DNA of 37,914 bases from positions 1 through 37,914 of the forward strand of contig CAZEBT010000002.1 of NCBI GenBank assembly GCA_964510485.1, given 5' to 3'. The position numbers and the translations under genes were made by a program. Under the pieces are notes generated by a model. The model was given only the letters and a program-made list of their open reading frames with translations. It was not told the origin of the DNA and made no database searches. Below are positions 32,987-37,914 of this stretch, piece by piece. Every line of letters begins with the position of its first letter. The first letter of the stretch is position 1. The stretch is from an uncultured Dehalococcoidales bacterium (GTDB lineage: Bacteria > Chloroflexota > Dehalococcoidia > Dehalococcoidales > Fen-1064).

Positions 32987-34486
32987 TTGAGAAAGGGAGC
33001 TTTGGCGAGTAATAAATTAGAGGAATTTACCCCCATGTTCTACCCGAAGTCACATGCTGTGATAGGGGCTTCAGCTAGTTTACAGAAATTTGGGGGAAGG
33101 TTTCTGGGGGTATTGCTCTCGTTCGGCTATGGTGGCAGGCTTTATGCGGTAAACCCGCAGGAGAGCCAGGTACAGGGGATGGAGACATATGCCCGGGTGG
33201 GTGATATCCCGGAGACAGTTGACCTGGCTACTATTGCTGTTCCAGCCCGGGCTGTTCCCGGGGTTATTGAGGAGTGCCTGGCCAAGGGGATAAAGGCTGT
33301 ACAGATACTCAGCGCCGGCTTCAGTGAGGCGGGTGAAGAAGGTAAAAGGCTGGAGGAGGAGGTGGCCAGGACGGCTGCCAGAGGGATTCGTGTCGTTGGC
33401 CCCAACTGTTTTGGTATCTACTGTCCCGATGGTGGTCTGACTATCCTGCCCGGTGAGAACCTGTCCAGGGAGAGCGGACCGGTAGGCTTTATCAGCCAGA
33501 GTGGCGGCTATGCAATCAGGGTGCCACGCCGTGCCAGCGGCTGGGGAATCAAGTTCAGCAAGGCTATCAGCTATGGGAATGCCTGCGATGTGAATGAGTG
33601 CGACCTTGTGGAGTATTTTTACCAGGACCCGGAGACCAGAATCATTACCGGTTATATAGAGGGCGTCAGGGATGGTCCCAGGTTCTTCAGGTTGCTTCAG
33701 GAGGTCTGTCGGACAAAGCCGGTGATACTGTGGAAGGGGGGTCTTACTCAGGGTGGAGCCCGGGCAGCGCACTCGCATACTGCCTCTCTGAGCGGGGATG
33801 AGGCGGTCTGGGACGCCGTTTTCAGGCAGAGTGGTGCCATTCGGGTGAATAGCCTGGAGGAGCTCCTTGATACCACTATTGCCTTTTTATACCTGCCTCC
33901 GCTGCGGGGGCGCAGGGTCTGTGTGGTCGGGGGTGGTGGCGGGATAGGCGTGGCGGCGGCCGATGCCTGCGAGAGGGCGGGGCTTTCCGTACCCCTGTTT
34001 TCTGCCGGGCTTCAGGAGAAGCTGGCGGGAATAGTGCCTCCGGCGGGTGCCAGTGTTCGCAATCCGGTTGACGTGGGTGGCCCTTTTCCAGCGCCACAAA
34101 TGCTGAGGGCGGTACTGGAGGCAGTGCTCAGTGAGGGGGTTGTGGATACAGTTATTGTGAGCGAACTGGAGTTAGCCAGGATAAGTGGCCTTATGCAGGG
34201 CAGGGCGCAGATGCGCGGATATACCTCTGAAGAAATAGCTGAGGTCCCGGTTGATATGAAAAACAGGTTCGGTGCGCCGCTGATGATAGTGTTGCCGGTG
34301 GAGGCTATGGGGGCTGATGCGCTGGAATTTGAGGGTGCACGTCGCGATACCCGCGATTACTTTCTTAATAAGGGGCTACCGGTTTATCTGACTCTGGAAC
34401 GGGCTGCCAGGGCGCTGTCTAATTTGATTGGTTACTATGAGCATCGTGATGCGATTTCCTCATCAGGCTCTGGCATAACGACGTAG
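32987..34486 (+). CDS. CoA-binding, ADP-forming acyl-CoA synthetase alpha-like protein (no ATP-grasp partner in the window)
   Basis: 499 aa with FYPKSHAVIGAS...YAVNP...DLA.IAVPA...VVGPNC.G, typical of the NDP-forming acyl-CoA synthetase / succinyl-CoA-ligase-like fold. The TTG start is uncertain. Confidence 0.7.
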   Translation: MRKGALASNKLEEFTPMFYPKSHAVIGASASLQKFGGRFLGVLLSFGYGGRLYAVNPQESQVQGMETYARVGDIPETVDLATIAVPARAVPGVIEECLAKGIKAVQILSAGFSEAGEEGKRLEEEVARTAARGIRVVGPNCFGIYCPDGGLTILPGENLSRESGPVGFISQSGGYAIRVPRRASGWGIKFSKAISYGNACDVNECDLVEYFYQDPETRIITGYIEGVRDGPRFFRLLQEVCRTKPVILWKGGLTQGGARAAHSHTASLSGDEAVWDAVFRQSGAIRVNSLEELLDTTIAFLYLPPLRGRRVCVVGGGGGIGVAAADACERAGLSVPLFSAGLQEKLAGIVPPAGASVRNPVDVGGPFPAPQMLRAVLEAVLSEGVVDTVIVSELELARISGLMQGRAQMRGYTSEEIAEVPVDMKNRFGAPLMIVLPVEAMGADALEFEGARRDTRDYFLNKGLPVYLTLERAARALSNLIGYYEHRDAISSSGSGITT

Positions 34487-34503
34487 AAAGGAGAGAGAAT
34501 GGA

Positions 34504-35316
34504 ATGTTGGTCGTAGCATGTGTCAAACAGGTCCCGGATACCACACAGGTCAAGATTGACCCGGACACCGGCACGCTGATAAGAGAGGGTGTGCCGTTCA
34601 TTGTCAACCCGTTTGATACCCACAGTCTGGAAGAGAGCCTGCGGCTTAAAGATGAGTACGGGTTTCGGGTGGCAGCGATTTCAATGGGGCCGCCCAACAC
34701 CGAGGTTACCCTGAGAAAGACCCTGGCACTGGGGGCCGACGAGGTGGTACTTCTGAGCGACCGTGTTTTCGGTGGGGCTGATACACTGGCTACCAGTAAG
34801 GTTCTGGCTGAGGCTATCAAGCGGCTTGCCCAGGAGGAAGAGGTGGCCCTGGTGATTTGTGGCCGGCAGACCATTGACGGGGACACGGCACAGGTGGGGC
34901 CGGGCATTGCCACCCGTCTGAAATACTCGCAGCTGACCCTGGTTGACCAGATTCAGGGTGTGGATGTTGAGGCGAAAAAGGTGAAGGTGAGACGCAAACT
35001 GGAGGGGCGGCACGAGGTAGTGGAAGCACCTTTGCCGGCCCTGATTACGGTAGTGCGGGAGATTAACCATCCTCGTTATCCGACGGTGCCGATGCGGCTG
35101 GAGGCTGAGGAGGTGGAGGTGACATTGTGGGACAACAAGGTGATGCAGCTATCCGAGGATACCATCGGACTGAGGGGTTCACCTACCCAGGTGCGCAGAA
35201 TCTTTTCTCCAGAGAGGCCCAAGGGAGAGATAATAGGTGATGGACTGAATAAGCCAGAGGAAGCTGCCCATCTGTTGCTGGATACCCTCATTGAGAAGGA
35301 TATAATTTCCGTATAG
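34504..35316 (+). CDS. etfB: Electron transfer flavoprotein beta subunit
   Basis: MLVVACVKQVPDT...VNPFD...ICGRQTIDGDTAQVGP. Confidence 0.9.
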   Translation: MLVVACVKQVPDTTQVKIDPDTGTLIREGVPFIVNPFDTHSLEESLRLKDEYGFRVAAISMGPPNTEVTLRKTLALGADEVVLLSDRVFGGADTLATSKVLAEAIKRLAQEEEVALVICGRQTIDGDTAQVGPGIATRLKYSQLTLVDQIQGVDVEAKKVKVRRKLEGRHEVVEAPLPALITVVREINHPRYPTVPMRLEAEEVEVTLWDNKVMQLSEDTIGLRGSPTQVRRIFSPERPKGEIIGDGLNKPEEAAHLLLDTLIEKDIISV

Positions 35317-35350
35317 CCGTACGGGGTAGAAAAAGGAAAGGGAGCCGGAA

Positions 35351-36715
35351 ATGGCAGAAGAGAAGAAGAAGAAAAAGGTGAAGAAACCCCTGGGTAAAGC
35401 CCGACTTATTGCGGGTAAGTGTATTGCCTGCGGTGCCCGCTGCCAGAGTGATTGTCGCGCTGAGGCAATAGAGATGAATGATGCCGGCGAGCCAGTCTTT
35501 GATATAGAGAAGTGCACCGGTTGTCGCCGATGTGTGCGGATATGCCCGGCTGATGCTATTGAGATATTCTTTACCCCGGAACAGCAGAAGATTCTGGACG
35601 AGTTAGCCAGGCAGGCTGAGGCTGGGGTTGAGGCAGAGACTGAGGTTAGCCCTGAGGAGGAGGCAGAAAGGGAGGAAGAGGCCAGGATAGCTGCCCGGCT
35701 GAAGGAGTATAAGGGTGTGTGGGTCTTTGTGGAGCAGACCGATGGCCAGCCGGCTACGGTTTCCTGGGAGTTGCTTGGCGTGAGCGCTGAACTGGCCAAG
35801 ACTCTGGGTGTGGAACTTTGTGCTATGGTCATCGGTGATAATGTTGAGCACCTGTGCCAGGAGTCATTTGCCTGCGGGGCTTCCAAGGTCTACCTGATGG
35901 ATGCCCCGGTATTTCACCATTACCGTACCGAGCCTTATTATAAAGCCATCTGTTACCTGATAGAAAAGTACAAACCGGAAATCGTTTTGATAGGTGCCAC
36001 CGGTCTGGGCAGGGATTTGGCTGGTTCCGTGGCGACAGAGCTCATGACGGGGCTGACCGCTGACTGTACCGGCCTGACCATTGATGAGAACCGGTTTTTA
36101 CTGCAGACCCGTCCTGCCTTTGGCGGCAATATCATGGCTACCATTAAAACCGAGCGCACCAGACCGCAGATGGCTTCGGTTCGGCCGCACGTGATGCCAA
36201 TGCCGGAGAGGAATGATTCAAACAGGGGTGAGATTATCCGGGAGTCCTTTGACATGAGGGAAGAGGATATCGGCGTTAAGGTCCTGGAGGTAATCGATAC
36301 CCGTAAGACCGGTGCCGAAGAAGTCAATATTGAAGCCGCTGATGTAATTGTCTCCGGGGGACGCGGTATGCAGTCCAGGGAGAATTTCCAGGTACTGCAG
36401 GAACTGGCTGATGCGCTGGGTGGCGTGATTGGTTCTTCGCGCAGTGCCGTGGAGGCCGGCTGGATGCCAGTGGAGCGACAGGTTGGCCAGACCGGTAAGA
36501 CGGTAAGGCCCAAGATTTATTTTGCCTGCGGTATCAGCGGTGCCATCCAGCACCTGGTAGGCATGCAGGATTCGGATGTTATTATTGCCATCAACCGCGA
36601 CAGGCAGGCGCCGATTTTTGAGGTGGCTACCTATGGGATAGAGGGCGACCTTTTCCAGGTGGTGCCTGCCATTACCAGGCGTCTCGAAGAATTACGTGCC
36701 CAGAAGGGGCATTAG
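35351..36715 (+). CDS. etfA: Electron transfer flavoprotein alpha subunit with an N-terminal 2x[4Fe-4S] ferredoxin domain
   Basis: CIACGARCQSDC and CTGCRRCVRICP, then a Glu-rich linker, then the EtfA core (...GGRGM..., ACGISGAIQHLVGM). Confidence 0.9.
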   Translation: MAEEKKKKKVKKPLGKARLIAGKCIACGARCQSDCRAEAIEMNDAGEPVFDIEKCTGCRRCVRICPADAIEIFFTPEQQKILDELARQAEAGVEAETEVSPEEEAEREEEARIAARLKEYKGVWVFVEQTDGQPATVSWELLGVSAELAKTLGVELCAMVIGDNVEHLCQESFACGASKVYLMDAPVFHHYRTEPYYKAICYLIEKYKPEIVLIGATGLGRDLAGSVATELMTGLTADCTGLTIDENRFLLQTRPAFGGNIMATIKTERTRPQMASVRPHVMPMPERNDSNRGEIIRESFDMREEDIGVKVLEVIDTRKTGAEEVNIEAADVIVSGGRGMQSRENFQVLQELADALGGVIGSSRSAVEAGWMPVERQVGQTGKTVRPKIYFACGISGAIQHLVGMQDSDVIIAINRDRQAPIFEVATYGIEGDLFQVVPAITRRLEELRAQKGH

Positions 36716-36815
36716 TATGCGGGGCGGGCATTGCCTGCCAGCTTTGACAGTGGCGGTTTGTGCTGTTGAGGCGATGAATTTGTGTTCGAGTGTATAGCTA
36801 AGGAGGATATTCGTT

Positions 36816-37914
36816 ATGAACCCAGTGAGTTCTCTAGGAGCAGCCGGATTTGCCCTGTTTTGGTGCTTAACCGCACTGGCGGCTGGAATCTTCTTTTTCA
36901 GGGGATACCAGCTTCTAAGGTTGCTGTCGCTGGGGAGGGGGGGAGAGAGGATTGGGCACATCATCAGGAGGATACTGGTTGCAATTGGCCATTTTATAGT
37001 GCAACAGTGTCAGTTCAAGAACATCACCCGCAGGGACAGGGGTGGCATCGGGCACCTGTTCATGGTCTGGGGGTTTTTCCTGTTCGTTCTCTACTATGTC
37101 TTCTTCATAGTTATCGCCTCGGGCTTTGGCATCTCAGACACGATGGAGCATAACCTGGTCTATGGCTACTACTGCTGGGTTATGGATATTGTCGCCCCGT
37201 TTATTGTGATAGGGGCGCTGTGGGGTGTTATCCGCCGCTATATTGTGAGACCGTCGAGGCTGGAGGGGCAGCAGACTTTTGAGGCGGTCTTCATTCTTTT
37301 TACGGTTCTTGTTCACCCGGTGACGCACGTAGGTAAGATAGCCACCCAGATTGCCGCCGGGCACCCCCCGGCTGGCCTGGGTATAGCTACTCCACCAATC
37401 AGCACAGCTATGAGTAACCTGTACACCAATCCTGCCATGATAGAAGCCTGGCACAGCTCCTGGTTCTGGGCGCACTGGGTATTCGTGCTGCTGGTTCTGG
37501 CGATTATTGCCTACACCCGCTACCTGCACATGATAGCGGCTATGGTGAATGACCTTCTCCACAGGGAGCCGCCCAAGGGCATGCCTGCCCTGATTGACCT
37601 TAAGGACCGCTCGACCTTCGGTGTCAATAGAGTGGATAATTTCACCTGGAAGCACCTTCTGGACTCAATGGCCTGCGTTGTCTGCGGCTACTGCCAGGAG
37701 GTTTGCCCGGCTAACTTCACCGGTAAGCCGCTCAATCCGCGGCTGGTTATCCGTGATATCAAGACAAATCTGTTGAAGAACGGACCACTAATCATGAAGG
37801 GACAGGAACCGGTGATACCCCTGATTGGTGATGGGCAGGAAGGCAGCGTGTCTGAGGACGCTATCTGGGCGTGTACTACCTGCGGTGCCTGTATGGAGGT
37901 GTGTCCGGTTTATA
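36816..37914 (+). CDS. Membrane-anchored Fe-S oxidoreductase (NarI/DsrM-like N-terminal TM domain plus HdrD/DsrK/GlpC-like ferredoxin motifs), 3' end off the window
   Basis: Open frame without a stop to the window end, so it is not in the ORF track. AGGAGG lies 9 nt before the ATG at 36816. There are about 5 hydrophobic His-containing segments, followed by CVVCGYCQEVCP and CTTCGACMEVCP. Confidence 0.8.
   Translation, partial: MNPVSSLGAAGFALFWCLTALAAGIFFFRGYQLLRLLSLGRGGERIGHIIRRILVAIGHFIVQQCQFKNITRRDRGGIGHLFMVWGFFLFVLYYVFFIVIASGFGISDTMEHNLVYGYYCWVMDIVAPFIVIGALWGVIRRYIVRPSRLEGQQTFEAVFILFTVLVHPVTHVGKIATQIAAGHPPAGLGIATPPISTAMSNLYTNPAMIEAWHSSWFWAHWVFVLLVLAIIAYTRYLHMIAAMVNDLLHREPPKGMPALIDLKDRSTFGVNRVDNFTWKHLLDSMACVVCGYCQEVCPANFTGKPLNPRLVIRDIKTNLLKNGPLIMKGQEPVIPLIGDGQEGSVSEDAIWACTTCGACMEVCPVY

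Noticed and set aside
36726-36742. Hairpin GGCGGGC-ATT-GCCTGCC after etfA as an intrinsic terminator
   Set aside because: The stem is short (7 bp including a G-U pair) with no following U-tract. The downstream Fe-S oxidoreductase gene is probably co-transcribed.
1-37914. Mobile elements, prophage, integrase/transposase, toxin-antitoxin pairs, tRNA or rRNA genes
   Set aside because: No ORF shows transposase/integrase/recombinase motifs. I found no terminal inverted repeats around the AT-rich patches and no cloverleaf-like or rRNA-like segments in the intergenic regions. tRNAscan or Infernal would be needed for certainty.

Overview
This looks like a GC-rich core chromosomal segment of an anaerobic bacterium. 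Hand-counted 60-nt samples give about 58% G+C. The recG / DAK2-DegV / rpmB and remA-gmk synteny is Firmicutes/Chloroflexi-like, but the taxon cannot be fixed from this window. I see about 33 protein genes and no rRNA, tRNA, CRISPR array, transposase or integrase. Left to right: recG (partial), a DAK2 (FakA-like) gene with three tandem DegV (FakB-like) paralogs, rpmB, rpe, an argJ-B-D-G-[DNA methyltransferase]-H operon, and a FAH-family hydrolase followed by a Cys-dense protein and a DUF1858-like gene. Then come an AT-rich orphan membrane gene, mutS, and a five-gene redox operon (NuoE-like, NuoF::GltD fusion, Cys-type formate dehydrogenase alpha, NfnA, NfnB). The right end holds remA-gmk, a PiT transporter with its DUF47 partner, and a CoA-binding acyl-CoA synthetase-like gene with etfB, ferredoxin-fused etfA and a membrane HdrD/DsrK-like Fe-S oxidoreductase (partial). 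Most of this is housekeeping. The non-routine items are listed here. (1) An AT-rich methyltransferase fused to an Mrr-like nuclease-fold domain sits between argG and argH with 1-nt gaps, and its junctions mimic the operon coupling signal. (2) rpe carries an AT-rich in-frame N-terminal extension. (3) The FDH/NuoEF-GltD/NfnAB operon may be a formate-linked bifurcating or transhydrogenase module. (4) A modular family of perfect GC-rich hairpin repeats occupies four intergenic loci. (5) One DegV paralog has a homopolymer frameshift in its tail. (6) Several genes have leaderless-type start architecture. I cannot show that any of these is a new system; each needs the database or experimental checks named in the findings.
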